Below are positions 38,872 through 52,805 of a DNA stretch of 64,000 nt, piece by piece. Every line of letters begins with the position of its first letter. Position 1 is the first letter of the stretch. The stretch comes from Verrucomicrobiota bacterium (GTDB lineage Bacteria > Verrucomicrobiota > Verrucomicrobiia > Opitutales > Cerasicoccaceae), in assembly GCA_039818205.1 (NCBI GenBank), contig JBCBUK010000009.1, positions 128,001-192,000 on the forward strand, read 5' to 3'. The notes beneath the pieces are model-generated. The model ran no database searches, was not told the origin of the DNA, and was given only the letters and a program-made list of their open reading frames with translations. Position numbers and translations under genes: made by a program.

Positions 38872-38941
38872 TCGAAACAGAGCCAGGCAATACTATCTTT
38901 TTATAACTTTGCAGCCGATGGAATTCGCCGTATACGGAGGG

Positions 38942-40171
38942 ATGTTTAAGAAAGCCCTTCTTTCACTATGTCTCGTTACGATGGTCCACTTGACTCACGC
39001 TAATTTGCCTTCTGGAATGATTAGTAACGGGGAGCAAGGCGTATATGACCCAGCAGTTCCTGAAGAGCTGCGAGTTCGCGGAGGTTTACCAAACGCATTT
39101 CAGAAGTTGGAGGCCGGTGAGCCCGTGTGTGTGGCCTATGTTGGTGGTAGCATTACCGATGCTGAGGGATGGCGGGTAAAGACCTTTGATTGGTTACAGC
39201 AAAAATTTCCCGATTCCGAGCTAAGCCAAGTTGAGGCCGCGATCCCGGGAACCGGTGCCGATTTCGCGGCATGCCGGCTCAGTGATGATCTTTTGCCCTA
39301 TAACCCCGACCTCGTTTTTGTTGAGTTTCGGGTCAACCTGGGTGGTGGGTTCGAAGCCCGTGCAATCGAGGGTGTGGTTCGGCAGATTTGGGAAGCCAAC
39401 CCGGAGACCGATATCTGTTTGGTCTACACGATTGGAGATTGGATGATTGAGAAGCTGCAGAATAATGAGCAGTTCTTCTTTGGCGAAATCATGGAAACGA
39501 TGGCGAACGAATACGGGATTCCCTCGATTGACTTTGGCGTCGAAGTTATCAAGCGCCTCAACAACGATACATTGGTTTTCGAAAGCGACCAACCCGTTGC
39601 GGGCAAACTTCACTTTTCCAGAGATGGAGTTCACCCAATTGATGAGGGGCACGAACTCTACAAGGAGATTGTGGCCCGCTCATTCAAAACAATGCAAGGG
39701 CAGGGCCAAGCGGGTGCGCACCAGATGCCGGAGCCACTTGCAGAAGATCACTTTGGCCGAGCTTCGTTGATTCCGGTCGAGCATTTAGAAACGATCGGTG
39801 GTTGGGTACCCGTTGATGTCGAGAATGATCCCGTTTACACGGCGGATAAGAAGCGCAGTCATGCGATGCTGAGGGGAGCGTTGAAAACCGCTCAGGTTGG
39901 GGATACGATTGAGTTCGATTGGGAGGGTAAGCTGATTTGCTTTACGCATATTCCGCAAGGCGAAGGAATGGAGGTAACGGTATCCATCGATGGTAATGAA
40001 CCGAAAACCTACCAACTGGATCAGAAGTCGACCCGCAATGTTTTCGCCCGTTTCTTTTATGCGCCAGAGCAAGAGGATGGGCCTCATACGGCAAAACTGA
40101 CCGTCACCAAACTGCCCGAAGGGACGAGCTTCTATGTGGGGCAAGTGATGGTCATTGCGGCATCGGAATAG
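38942..40171 (+). CDS. Exported SGNH/GDSL hydrolase (carbohydrate esterase-like)
   Basis: GGSIT, PGTG, VEFRVN and DGVHP; signal peptide. Confidence 0.88.
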   Translation: MFKKALLSLCLVTMVHLTHANLPSGMISNGEQGVYDPAVPEELRVRGGLPNAFQKLEAGEPVCVAYVGGSITDAEGWRVKTFDWLQQKFPDSELSQVEAAIPGTGADFAACRLSDDLLPYNPDLVFVEFRVNLGGGFEARAIEGVVRQIWEANPETDICLVYTIGDWMIEKLQNNEQFFFGEIMETMANEYGIPSIDFGVEVIKRLNNDTLVFESDQPVAGKLHFSRDGVHPIDEGHELYKEIVARSFKTMQGQGQAGAHQMPEPLAEDHFGRASLIPVEHLETIGGWVPVDVENDPVYTADKKRSHAMLRGALKTAQVGDTIEFDWEGKLICFTHIPQGEGMEVTVSIDGNEPKTYQLDQKSTRNVFARFFYAPEQEDGPHTAKLTVTKLPEGTSFYVGQVMVIAASE

Positions 40172-40198
40172 TTTACGATCGCAATTTTCGGTTCGGTG

Positions 40199-40939
40199 CT
40201 AATACGAGTGTTTTTTGCGATAGTCGCGGGGAGAAAGGCTCAAAATTTCTTTAAAAACTTTTGAGAAATGGCTGTGGTCATAGAAGCCTACCTGGAGGGC
40301 AATTTCGGTCGTCTTTAGTTCGGTTTCACGCAGTAGCTCGGCGGCGGCGTTGATCCGTACGCTCTTCAGGTAATCATGAGGCGACAGTCCAAATAACTGT
40401 CGGAAGATGCGGCCAAACTGGCTGCGCGAAAGCCCAACCTGGGATGCCATGTCTTTGACCTGCAAGGGTTCGGCATAGTGCTCATGCATCAGGTCGATAA
40501 CGTCCATCAATCGACTGTAGGCTGGAGGTAATGCGCCAATGGACTCGGCCTCCCGCCAGACACCCGCCAATCCAACGATCGAACCGCCGGCGTCTCGTAG
40601 GGGAATTTTGCTGTAGACGATCACGGCATTGGATCCGCGTTCGGGAGTCGGACAAAGCGCATTGATGATCGGTTTGCCCGTTCTCATGACTTCTTCGTCC
40701 TGCTTCACAAAGATCGCCATCCGCTCGCTATGCCAAAACTCGTGGCCGATTTTTCCAATGGTCTCGGCCTCGGTGGCAACGCCGGCGGAGGCCACCGCTC
40801 GTAGATTGTTCATGGTGTGCCGCGACTGCCGATCTTTGAAGAAGAACGCGGTGTCGTGGAGACTGTCGAGCAACGGAAGAAGCTGGTCCATCGGGCCAAC
40901 CTGATCCCAAAAGTCTCGTTTAAAGTCCTGCTTATTCAT
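40199..40939 (-). CDS. AraC-family regulator with PAS-like N-domain
   Basis: FFFKDRQSR...[12 protein letters not shown]-terminal AraC HTH ([13 protein letters not shown]). Confidence 0.92.
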   Translation of the reverse strand: MNKQDFKRDFWDQVGPMDQLLPLLDSLHDTAFFFKDRQSRHTMNNLRAVASAGVATEAETIGKIGHEFWHSERMAIFVKQDEEVMRTGKPIINALCPTPERGSNAVIVYSKIPLRDAGGSIVGLAGVWREAESIGALPPAYSRLMDVIDLMHEHYAEPLQVKDMASQVGLSRSQFGRIFRQLFGLSPHDYLKSVRINAAAELLRETELKTTEIALQVGFYDHSHFSKVFKEILSLSPRDYRKKHSY

Positions 40940-41067
40940 GCGCCATATTTACACAAAAATAGCGCATTCATCCAAGAAATAAAAGGAGGTTCACGGTATT
41001 CTTATAGTCAGCGGGTTCGTCCGGTAGTCCTGGCTATACCCGAGCTTTATCTAATTTTTTACCGTTT

Positions 41068-42375
41068 ATGAAGTATACTAGAAGAGAGTTTTTTCGCCGT
41101 TCCGGTTTCATGGCGACCGCTGCGGCGTTTCCATTGATCGTTCCTTCCCGCTTACTCGGTGCCAACGCGCCCTCCGAGCAGATCACGTTAGGCTGTATTG
41201 GGGTCGGTGGTCAGGGCACGAGTGTGAATCTAAAGAACTTCCTTAACCAGTCGGACGCTCAGGTGGTCGCTGTTTGCGATGCTTTTTGGTCTAAGGCTAA
41301 GAATGCCCAGAAAATCGTCAACGAGGCCTATGGCAATGAAGATTGCCGGGCGTATCAGGACTTTCGAGAAATATTGGCGGACCCAAGTATCGACGGCGTG
41401 GTTATTTCCACGCCGGACCACTGGCACGTTCCAATTTCGATTATGGCAGTCGAGGCGGGTAAGCATGTCTTCTGTGAGAAGCCAACTCAGAGTATCAACG
41501 AGGGGCGACAACTCGTTGAAGCCTTTGCTAAAACAGATAGAGTCTTTCAGGCGGGGATTGAAGATCGGTCAGTTATCTACTTCCATAAACTGGTCGAATG
41601 GGTGAAGAACGGCGCTATCGGCGAGCTTGAAGAGGTTGAAGTGATTATGCCCAAAGGCCGCGACTTTGCTCTGGAGGATCCGTCGGAGCCGCCCGAAGAC
41701 CTGGATTGGAACCTTTGGCAGGGACCGGCGGAATTTCATGAGTTTTCGAATACGCGGGCTTGGCCAGGGCAATGGCGTCAGATCGCGATGTATTCCAAGG
41801 GTACCATCCTGGATATTGGAACGCACTTAGTGGATACCGCGCAAATTGGGATCGATGACCCCAACGTATGTCCCATCGAAGTATTGGGAACGGGTTTGAT
41901 TCCGGAAGGTCGCATGACTGATGTTCCGATTGAATACGATCTCCACTATAAATACTGGAACGGTGTCGAGATGCATGTTAAAAATGGTGAGGGTGCGGTA
42001 TGGGACCCAGAAAGCTGCTTTATTGAATTTCGTGGTGACAAGGGTTGGGTGCGTCGCAACACCTGGCACGGTCGGCTGGAAGCCAGTGATCAGAGTATTC
42101 TGCGAACAAAGTACTCTCCGGAAGAGAGCAAGCATTGGGTATTACCGCCACGGGAACACCGCAATTTCCTGGACTGTATTAAGTCAGGCGATTCGACGAC
42201 TTACACGGCCCTCGATCTTCATGATATGTCAACGACTCTGCACATGGGCGTTATGAGCATTGAGCTTGGGCGTAGGCTGCAATGGGACCCCAGGCAAGAA
42301 GCGTTTATTAACGACGATGAGGCTAATCAACTTCGGGATCGTCCACCGCTGCGTGATTGGGAGGCTGAAGCATGA
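41068..42375 (+). CDS. Tat-exported Gfo/Idh/MocA oxidoreductase
   Basis: TRREFF Tat motif, [13 protein letters not shown] and CEKP. Confidence 0.92.
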   Translation: MKYTRREFFRRSGFMATAAAFPLIVPSRLLGANAPSEQITLGCIGVGGQGTSVNLKNFLNQSDAQVVAVCDAFWSKAKNAQKIVNEAYGNEDCRAYQDFREILADPSIDGVVISTPDHWHVPISIMAVEAGKHVFCEKPTQSINEGRQLVEAFAKTDRVFQAGIEDRSVIYFHKLVEWVKNGAIGELEEVEVIMPKGRDFALEDPSEPPEDLDWNLWQGPAEFHEFSNTRAWPGQWRQIAMYSKGTILDIGTHLVDTAQIGIDDPNVCPIEVLGTGLIPEGRMTDVPIEYDLHYKYWNGVEMHVKNGEGAVWDPESCFIEFRGDKGWVRRNTWHGRLEASDQSILRTKYSPEESKHWVLPPREHRNFLDCIKSGDSTTYTALDLHDMSTTLHMGVMSIELGRRLQWDPRQEAFINDDEANQLRDRPPLRDWEAEA

Positions 42376-43151
42376 ACAAACTGATTGCTTCGCTGATCAT
42401 GTCGGCAGCCTTCTCGGTTGCTGGTGCAGAAGAGAGGTTTCACGAGTTTACTTCCTACAAAGTAGCCGAAGAGACTCCGATTATTCCGGGGTCAATTTAT
42501 CGTGTGCACCAGGGCGATCGTCCGCAGCCGAAACGTGTGATCCCTCCGGCCTTCGAAGCGGGGGAAGTCGTTCCACCGCCGAGTGACGCGATTGTCCTTT
42601 TTGACGGAGGTAATCTGGATCAATTTCGACCAAATGGGTGGTTGTTAGAAGCAGGTGTTTTGACCGCTGGAAAGGGTGGATTGGTGACCAAGGATGCTTT
42701 TGGGGATTGCCAGTTTCACATTGTCTGGCGAGCGCCGAATCCGCCAACCGGCAAACCATCGCGGATGGGGAACAGTGGTATCTACTTCATGTGGCGGTAT
42801 GAACTGCAGATCTTTGACTCCTATAGCTGTGAGATCTATGCGGACGGATCTGCGGGAGCGATCTACGGCCAGACGCCGCCCTTGGTTAACGCCAGCCGAC
42901 CACCCGGCGAATGGCAAACCTTTGACGTCATATTTGAAGCGCCGCGCTTCGAGGGCGATAAGTTGATTAAACCCGCATACATGACCGTGTTTCACAACGG
43001 GATTTTGGTGCAGGACCATACCGAGTTGTTTGGCGGAACCACTCATAAGAGTATCGCTGAATATAGTGCTCACCCCAACCGTCTTCCTCTACTTATTCAA
43101 GGGGATAAAAGCCCGGTGCAATTTAAGCAGATTTGGATTCGCGAATTGTAA
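42372..43151 (+). CDS. DUF1080 (3-keto-disaccharide hydrolase family) protein
   Basis: [26 protein letters not shown] and [12 protein letters not shown] overlap with the upstream gene. Confidence 0.9.
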   Translation: MNKLIASLIMSAAFSVAGAEERFHEFTSYKVAEETPIIPGSIYRVHQGDRPQPKRVIPPAFEAGEVVPPPSDAIVLFDGGNLDQFRPNGWLLEAGVLTAGKGGLVTKDAFGDCQFHIVWRAPNPPTGKPSRMGNSGIYFMWRYELQIFDSYSCEIYADGSAGAIYGQTPPLVNASRPPGEWQTFDVIFEAPRFEGDKLIKPAYMTVFHNGILVQDHTELFGGTTHKSIAEYSAHPNRLPLLIQGDKSPVQFKQIWIREL

Positions 43152-43319
43152 TTGGGATGGGTTTTGTATTTGCCTGAGAGTGAGGGTATTGGCGGGTTAG
43201 AGTTCGCTCAATGGCCGCGATTTGGTTGCGGGCGAAAGAATCCGACTAGACGAAAGTCTAGTATGTAATATTTGGGATTTCGGATATTCTGTTGGGTCAG
43301 ATCTTCACCCACATTTTTC

Positions 43320-44759
43320 ATGAAATCCCTCGTTTTCTTTATCTTGGGCTCCATTGCCCTTACCGTCCACGCTGAGCGACCCAATGTCATTGTCTTTATG
43401 GCCGATGATATGGGTTATGCTGATGCTGGTTTCACCGGTGCGACCGATATCAAAACTCCCCACCTTGATGCCCTGGCGGCGTCTGGTGTAGTTTTCAAAC
43501 AGGGCTATGTTACGCATCCCTTTTGCGGGCCAAGTCGCGCGGGGTTTATGTCGGGTCGTTATCAGGAGCGGTTTGGTTTTGACCATAACCCAGCCTACGA
43601 TCCGGCCAATCCATTGCTGGGGATTGACCCGGAAGAGGTTCTCTTCCCCAAGCGCCTTCAGGACGCCGGCTACTATACTGGCATCATCGGAAAATGGCAC
43701 CTTGGGGCCGCCGCGCCGTTTAATCCGCTCAATCGCGGTTTTGACTATTTCTATGGCTTTCTCGGTGGTGGCCACGACTACTTTGACATCGATATGGCCA
43801 AGCCAGTACACACTGCTTACTTGCAGGGGCTAGTTCGAAACAAGCTCCCGGCGGGATTTGAGGGATATATTACAACGGCACTGAGCCGCGATGCGGTGAA
43901 GTTTGTGGAAGACAATAGCGACAAACCATTCTTTCTTTTCGTTGCTTACAATGCACCTCATGGTCCGCTGCAAGCACCCCAGGAGGACATCGATCGTTAC
44001 TCTCATATCGAGGATCGCAAGCGGCAGATATATGCGGCGATGGTCGATGTGATGGACCGCGGGATTGGCGAGGTTGTTGCTGCATTGAAAGAGGAAGGTG
44101 TATACGAAAACACGTTGATTTTCTTCCTCAGTGACAATGGCGGTCCTCAAACGGTGAGTTGGAACCCGCACAATTGGAATGGCTCGTCGAACGGACCCCT
44201 TCGCGGTGGAAAAACGAATCTGTACGATGGCGGCGTACATGTGCCGTTCATTGCCTCCTGGCCAAAAGGGATTAAGCCTGGCCAGACTTTTGATTTCCCG
44301 GTGATCTCGTTGGACATCGGGCGAACGGCAGTTGAGCTGGCTGGAGGAGACCCGGAAAAGGGCCATGTGATGGAAGGTGTAAATTTGATTCCGTTTCTGA
44401 ATGGAGATCGTTCGGACGCTCCGCATGATGCGCTCTACTGGAAGTCCTATGGTAACTGGTCGGTCCTAAGCTCAGCGGGATACAAGCACCTGAAGGACCC
44501 TTCCAGCCGTGATATTGAGTTGTTCTTTTTGCCTGATGATATTGGGGAGGAAAACGACATGCTCAGCAATCAAGCTGAGGTGGCATCGCAGCTGCGGAGC
44601 AAGTGGGAGGCTTGGAATGCGGAGAATGTGCCTGGGCGTTTGGGTGGCTACATGCAATATTTCATCAAGCGTGATGACTTTTTCTATGACGCGATTCCCC
44701 AGGCGGCTATTGATGCCGGCTACGATCCGGAGTTTCCGCGAATGTTCAAAAAGAAGTAG
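43320..44759 (+). CDS. Formylglycine-dependent (S1) sulfatase
   Basis: [24 protein letters not shown] and SDNGG. Confidence 0.95.
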   Translation: MKSLVFFILGSIALTVHAERPNVIVFMADDMGYADAGFTGATDIKTPHLDALAASGVVFKQGYVTHPFCGPSRAGFMSGRYQERFGFDHNPAYDPANPLLGIDPEEVLFPKRLQDAGYYTGIIGKWHLGAAAPFNPLNRGFDYFYGFLGGGHDYFDIDMAKPVHTAYLQGLVRNKLPAGFEGYITTALSRDAVKFVEDNSDKPFFLFVAYNAPHGPLQAPQEDIDRYSHIEDRKRQIYAAMVDVMDRGIGEVVAALKEEGVYENTLIFFLSDNGGPQTVSWNPHNWNGSSNGPLRGGKTNLYDGGVHVPFIASWPKGIKPGQTFDFPVISLDIGRTAVELAGGDPEKGHVMEGVNLIPFLNGDRSDAPHDALYWKSYGNWSVLSSAGYKHLKDPSSRDIELFFLPDDIGEENDMLSNQAEVASQLRSKWEAWNAENVPGRLGGYMQYFIKRDDFFYDAIPQAAIDAGYDPEFPRMFKKK

Positions 44760-44905
44760 GTGTCGGTACAGGGTCGCGGGCGAGTGGCCGCCCTCGAGCT
44801 AGATTTCCAATAGCTGATTGGGTGCGATAAAGGATTGTCTCAATCCGAAGCATTGCTGGTATTGGAGTGAGCATTCGGTGCATTGTGGTAGCTTTTCTTT
44901 TCTGA

Positions 44906-48079
<3,174 letters not shown>

Positions 48080-48112
48080 ATTGATCGCGCCTTATTGGGT
48101 TCAAATTTTAGT

Positions 48113-49888
48113 TTAGGAGATCCCCAGCGATTCCAAACGCTTGATCTCGGTGCTCCATTCGAGGCGCTTTTCCGGGCTGTACTCGATGTCTTCCGGGAGA
48201 AGGCTTTTGCGTGTGCAATTAACCAGTGCCTGCAGGGCTTGATAGCGCCGCGTCTCTTCGATTGCCGGGGGGATCAAGTCTTCGATGATCGCCAGGATTT
48301 CTTCGTGGGAAAGCGTCTGCGGTTGTGCACTGAGCTCGCTCCGAATGCCTGCGAACATTGCTGCGGAGTAGTCCCGCATGACCTCGCTGAGTGAATCCAG
48401 TATCTCATCGGTCATGGGCTCTTGGAGAAATTTTTCAACGGTCCAGCGAACAAATGCTCGGTGGTCGTCGCCTTGAGGATCAAGAACCGGGATGATTAGG
48501 CTTCCCGTGCGCCCGGGGCGTCGAATGTCGGGCGACAGCAGGTGAATTCGCGCGGTGATCAGCAGCCAGGTTAGCTTACCTTTCATTCGCGGGTCGGACA
48601 TCAGTTCCTGCATTTTACCGGTCAACCGACGTTCGGTGGCGTGTTCGTTCGCACCGATTCGGCCAAACTGCGTATCTGCCTCATCGACAAAGATCAATGC
48701 TCGGCCAATCGACATCAATACACGGCGCAATTTTTCAAACAGAACATCCGTTTGTCCGAACCATTGGGAGCGAATGTTTTTTATGGTGAGCACCACGATT
48801 CCCAGCTCGCCTGCGACCGCCTCGAAAATATAAGACTTACCCGAACCAATTGGGCCGGCGATCGCGGCTCCAGTCAGCGCGTCTGGTCCGCTGCTACGTA
48901 GGCGCGGAATAAACTGCGTTGTCAGGAATTCTTTGAGCTTGGAAGCACCCACGACGTCGGCCATGGACTGACTCGGCTTTTTAAACTCTATCACACCACT
49001 GCCAATCTGATCGATGATGTAGTCTTCGACTTTCTTGATTACGTCTTCATGGCAGATCGATGTTTCGGAGTAAACGGCTCCCATGAGTAGCTGGCGCAAG
49101 GCATATAGCGATAAGCCTGCGGTAAGCGATGCGAGCTCTTCACTCGACATATCGAGTGAGAGATTCTGTTCATGCTGGTTTTGTTGGAACCAAGAGATAA
49201 AGGCCAATCGTTGATCGCGATCAGGAGCATCGACTTCGATCGCCAGGGTTTGCGGGAGCTGGGTTATGCGATGGTTGATCTGACTCTTGGCCTCGGCAAT
49301 CAGAATGAGTGAGTCGGATGCCTCCGCAAACGCTGGATCTGAGAACCACTCTTGAACGAGGCTTACTCGGTAGCGATCGCGTTCGGAAAGGGAAGCAACG
49401 GTGCCCTCGGGTAAAATGATGTCGGCGCTTTCAACAATAATTATCAACCGGTTTTCGTAGTGGCCTTTGCGGGAAGCGATCGTTAGCTGCCGGAGGATCT
49501 CAAGGGCTTTTAGGCTGTCTCCAATGGCGCTGCGGATACGCTCCTGCAGGCTGGGTGGGCTTGGGTCGACCTGATGCCCGAGCATGACTTTGATTGCCCG
49601 ATCATCTCGACTATCGACACCCCTCAAGGCATCCCATGCTTCCGACAACGGCTCGAGGTGTTCGTCGGGTATGCGAATCAAACCGTTGGGTTCGTAGTGG
49701 ACGACGACATAGCCAGGGAGTGTCCAGCTCTGATCGAGAAGCGCGGTTAAGTTTACATAGTCTTCCGTGTCGCCGCTACGGAACGAAAATAGATCATGCA
49801 CATTTCCGTAGAGGATCAGTGACCGGCTCTGACCAGAATTGATGATGCGCCCTGCGCTGCGTAGAAACTGGTTGTTGTTTTTTGTCAT
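48113..49888 (-). CDS. Classical-clade AAA+ ATPase with degenerate N-terminal AAA-like domain
   Basis: GPIGSGKS, pore loop SQWFGQT, IFVDEAD and SRH DIRRPGR; N-half LILYGNVHD / LIIIVESAD lacks the Walker A Lys. Confidence 0.88.
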   Translation of the reverse strand: MTKNNNQFLRSAGRIINSGQSRSLILYGNVHDLFSFRSGDTEDYVNLTALLDQSWTLPGYVVVHYEPNGLIRIPDEHLEPLSEAWDALRGVDSRDDRAIKVMLGHQVDPSPPSLQERIRSAIGDSLKALEILRQLTIASRKGHYENRLIIIVESADIILPEGTVASLSERDRYRVSLVQEWFSDPAFAEASDSLILIAEAKSQINHRITQLPQTLAIEVDAPDRDQRLAFISWFQQNQHEQNLSLDMSSEELASLTAGLSLYALRQLLMGAVYSETSICHEDVIKKVEDYIIDQIGSGVIEFKKPSQSMADVVGASKLKEFLTTQFIPRLRSSGPDALTGAAIAGPIGSGKSYIFEAVAGELGIVVLTIKNIRSQWFGQTDVLFEKLRRVLMSIGRALIFVDEADTQFGRIGANEHATERRLTGKMQELMSDPRMKGKLTWLLITARIHLLSPDIRRPGRTGSLIIPVLDPQGDDHRAFVRWTVEKFLQEPMTDEILDSLSEVMRDYSAAMFAGIRSELSAQPQTLSHEEILAIIEDLIPPAIEETRRYQALQALVNCTRKSLLPEDIEYSPEKRLEWSTEIKRLESLGIS

Positions 49889-49902
49889 GGTTTAGCTTTC
49901 CA

Positions 49903-50799
49903 TTAACTTACGGTATCCTGGCCATAATCCGAACCAAAAGCCGCCTCGATGACTTTCGATTTCTCCTGGGAAATTACCGTTGAATCTTTTAGGTCGTCGG
50001 GCTTGAAAACGGGTTGAGCTTCGTCAAAAACAATGCTGGCACCGTTGCCGTCCCGTCCCCTCTGGGACAAGCCAATGATTCGGTCGCCGACAAATATTGC
50101 TTCCTCAATCTCGTGTGTGACGATGATAATCGTGTGCGGTGGGCGCTCGCCTTTTTCTTTTGCAACCTGGTTTTGATGGTAGAGCTCGAGCAAGAGACGT
50201 TGAAGGGATTCGCGGGTCGCTTCATCAAGTGCACCGAAGGGTTCGTCCATCAACAATATCTGTGGGCGCATGACCAGGGCCTGAGCAATCGCAACCCGCT
50301 GGCACATGCCGCCTGACAATTCGGTTGGGTAGTTATGCATGGCTTTGGCCAGGCCAACTCGTGTGAGAATCTCTTCGCTCTTTTCGAGATGTGCTTTGCG
50401 CAGCTTGCGCCACGCAAAGGGATTCAACCAGCGAAAGTGGGGCTCCGTTTCGTCTAGCATTAAGCCAAAGGCCACGTTTTGCAATGCGGTGAGATGCGGG
50501 AACAACGAGTAGCGTTGATAGACGATTCCACGATCACGGCCAGGTCCATTAACGCTCATCATCTGATCTGTGTCCTTATTCCAGACTTCGATTGATCCCG
50601 AAGTTGGCTCGAGGGTGCCCACGATGCAATTGAGCAAGGTGGACTTTCCGCAGCCGCTGGGACCAACGAAGGCAACGATTTCTCCAGGCTCGATGGTCGT
50701 ATCGATTTGGTCTAGTACGCGATGACTACCAAACTGCTTGGAAACGTTCTTGATCCGGATCGCGGGGTGCGATTCGGAGGCGTTTACTTCTTGCTCCAT
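49903..50799 (-). CDS. ABC transporter ATP-binding protein (NitT/TauT type)
   Basis: GPSGCGKST, LSGGM, LLMDEPFGALD and VTH. Confidence 0.95.
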   Translation of the reverse strand: MEQEVNASESHPAIRIKNVSKQFGSHRVLDQIDTTIEPGEIVAFVGPSGCGKSTLLNCIVGTLEPTSGSIEVWNKDTDQMMSVNGPGRDRGIVYQRYSLFPHLTALQNVAFGLMLDETEPHFRWLNPFAWRKLRKAHLEKSEEILTRVGLAKAMHNYPTELSGGMCQRVAIAQALVMRPQILLMDEPFGALDEATRESLQRLLLELYHQNQVAKEKGERPPHTIIIVTHEIEEAIFVGDRIIGLSQRGRDGNGASIVFDEAQPVFKPDDLKDSTVISQEKSKVIEAAFGSDYGQDTVS

Positions 50800-51629
50800 G
50801 GACTGATTTGGGTTTGTAGGATCTTGATACCCGCATCGAGGGCGAAGGCCAGAAAAGCCAAAATCAAAAGGTAGGGATAGACGACAGTCATGTCCAACTT
50901 ACGTGAGAATAAGCGGATCGTATAGCCAAAGCCGACATTGGCGACCAGGAGTTCAGCCGCAAGGAGATAGACCAGGGCGGGGCCGATGTTCGATTTGATG
51001 ATCTCCATGATACGGGGTGCCTTGACAGGGAGGAAGGCATCAACGATGACCTCAAGATGCGACGCACCTAGCGAGTAGGCTTTGTACCGCAATTCCTTTG
51101 GAAAGGAGGCAATCTCTTGAGATACACCAATAGCGATAGCCGGCAGAGTCCCGAACACGATCATCGCAATATACATTGTCAGGTTGGTTCCCGCCAAAAC
51201 GAAAAATACCGCTAGTGCCGCGGTTGGAATAATGCGTGACGCCAATCGCAGGGGAAGGACAGCGAGGGACTCAAGGCTGAGGAATGACCCCATCAACACT
51301 CCGAGTAAGAGGCCACCAGCAACGCTGACGCCATACCCGGCGACGAATCGAATCCCTGTGGCCTTGAGATCGCGCCAGAGCATGGGAGCGCGCTCTTCGG
51401 CTTTAACATCCTCGCCCAAAGCGGCAGCTAGTAAGTCATTTTGAGGTTCTGGTTTTTCCAGGATTTGCTTCAACCCTTCGGCGAGACCGGACCACGTAGG
51501 AATGGTTCGATCCTCCGGGTTGTCACGGTGTTTGCTTTCGGAAAGCAGGGTATAGCCGAGCAAAAGCAAAAAGATCGATAGCGCCTGGAGGACCAGGCGC
51601 TTCCGACGGGATATAGGCTGTTGCAGCAT
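50784..51629 (-). CDS. ABC transporter permease (NitT/TauT type)
   Basis: About six TM helices, EAA-like KAYSLGAS and AAELLVANVGFG. Confidence 0.9.
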   Translation of the reverse strand: MLQQPISRRKRLVLQALSIFLLLLGYTLLSESKHRDNPEDRTIPTWSGLAEGLKQILEKPEPQNDLLAAALGEDVKAEERAPMLWRDLKATGIRFVAGYGVSVAGGLLLGVLMGSFLSLESLAVLPLRLASRIIPTAALAVFFVLAGTNLTMYIAMIVFGTLPAIAIGVSQEIASFPKELRYKAYSLGASHLEVIVDAFLPVKAPRIMEIIKSNIGPALVYLLAAELLVANVGFGYTIRLFSRKLDMTVVYPYLLILAFLAFALDAGIKILQTQISPWSKK

Positions 51630-51650
51630 TCGCGGATCGTTTAGCGAAAA

Positions 51651-52682
51651 CTACTTTTTTGCAACCTGCTTAATGTAGGACGGGTCAAAGCTTAGGTTGG
51701 TGCCCGGATTGCTTTTACCGAAGGCTAGACTTGGGTTCTCGGCTACGATTCCTTGTTTGACGCAAAACTTGCTGACCTTGTCCATGGTCTTCGGCAATGC
51801 CTCGCTTTCAAACAGCGCCTGGCCTTTTTCGGGTGTGTCATAGAAGCGAGTTTCTTTGACGATTGTTCGCATATCAGCGAGGCCCAGCTTGGAGAAACGT
51901 TCGCCGAGGGCGATCAATGCTTGATCTCGCGTCTTGCTTTGAGTCATTAACCCACAGAATCGATAGTAAGTATCGATAACGGCGCAGGCAAAGGCTTCAC
52001 CACCTTCCTTGTCGAGTGACTTACGGCTCATGGTGACCATATCAATAATCTCATTCGGAATCGACTTCGAGCTGAAGAGCATCAGTGAGTCCTTGTCCTG
52101 AGACTGAATTTCCAGGCAGAAGGGATTCCAGACAACGATTGCGTCGACCTTGCCTTGGAGGAACGCGGTTGAAGCCGCTGCTGGATCCATCATGCTGAAG
52201 TTGAAGGCCGCTGGATCCATTCCCTGGTCTTCGATGTATCGGTCAAAGAGGTACTGGCTCACTGAGTTCTCTAAGCCATAGACCGGCACCTCTTTGATCT
52301 CGTCGAGCGTGGTGTATTTTTTGGTTACGATGCATTGGTCGGCTCCATCACTGGTGGAGGTTGGGAGGATGGCCACAGATTCGATTTGGAGGCTGGGAGC
52401 CAGCGAATCCATGTTCGTTAGGCAGGCAGCGTCGACTTGTCCGGATCCGTAGAGTGTAATGCACGTGTCGTAGTCTGTCTCAACGAGGACGATGTCGACC
52501 TCCCATTTCTTTTCTATAGGGCCCATCTTGCCTTCATCCATGTTGATGAGTCCAAGGTCGCTCGCAGTCAAAAAGAGGCTCCATGAAGGATACTCGCTGA
52601 CGGCTAGCTTAAAGGTGGGGGCGGCGCTGAGGCTGCCTGCCCCGATAATCAATGAGGTTAAAATCGCGGTGGTTATTTTCAT
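51651..52682 (-). CDS. ABC substrate-binding protein (NMT1/SsuA-like; resembles urea-carboxylase-region SBPs)
   Basis: Signal peptide, SEYPSW, TNMD, STSDGAD, VVWNP and IPNEIID. Confidence 0.85.
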   Translation of the reverse strand: MKITTAILTSLIIGAGSLSAAPTFKLAVSEYPSWSLFLTASDLGLINMDEGKMGPIEKKWEVDIVLVETDYDTCITLYGSGQVDAACLTNMDSLAPSLQIESVAILPTSTSDGADQCIVTKKYTTLDEIKEVPVYGLENSVSQYLFDRYIEDQGMDPAAFNFSMMDPAAASTAFLQGKVDAIVVWNPFCLEIQSQDKDSLMLFSSKSIPNEIIDMVTMSRKSLDKEGGEAFACAVIDTYYRFCGLMTQSKTRDQALIALGERFSKLGLADMRTIVKETRFYDTPEKGQALFESEALPKTMDKVSKFCVKQGIVAENPSLAFGKSNPGTNLSFDPSYIKQVAKK

Positions 52683-52749
52683 GTTCAGTGTGGGTTGGGT
52701 TTCTGATGCAAACAGTCCAAATGGTATTGGACTATTGTTATCTAAAATT

Positions 52750-52766
52750 AAATTGTAACACAATTT
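52750..52766. promoter_or_regulatory. Perfect 7-3-7 palindrome in an internal AT-rich spacer
   Basis: AAATTGT-aac-ACAATTT; second hairpin AGTCCAA-atggta-TTGGACT at about 52714-52733. Confidence 0.45.
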
Positions 52767-52805
52767 CTCCGCAGCTGAGGCTGCTCTAGTGCGCCGGGGC
52801 TGCTT

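Noticed and set aside
43230..43275. c-di-GMP-I riboswitch
   Set aside because: Has a GAAA hairpin but lacks the GGCAAA/GACGCAAA flanks and the second stem.
52683..52805. Guanidine-I riboswitch ahead of the urea-carboxylase-region-like SBP
   Set aside because: The conserved CTAGGGTTCCG and AAAAGCCCGGGAG elements are absent, and there are no carboxylase genes nearby.
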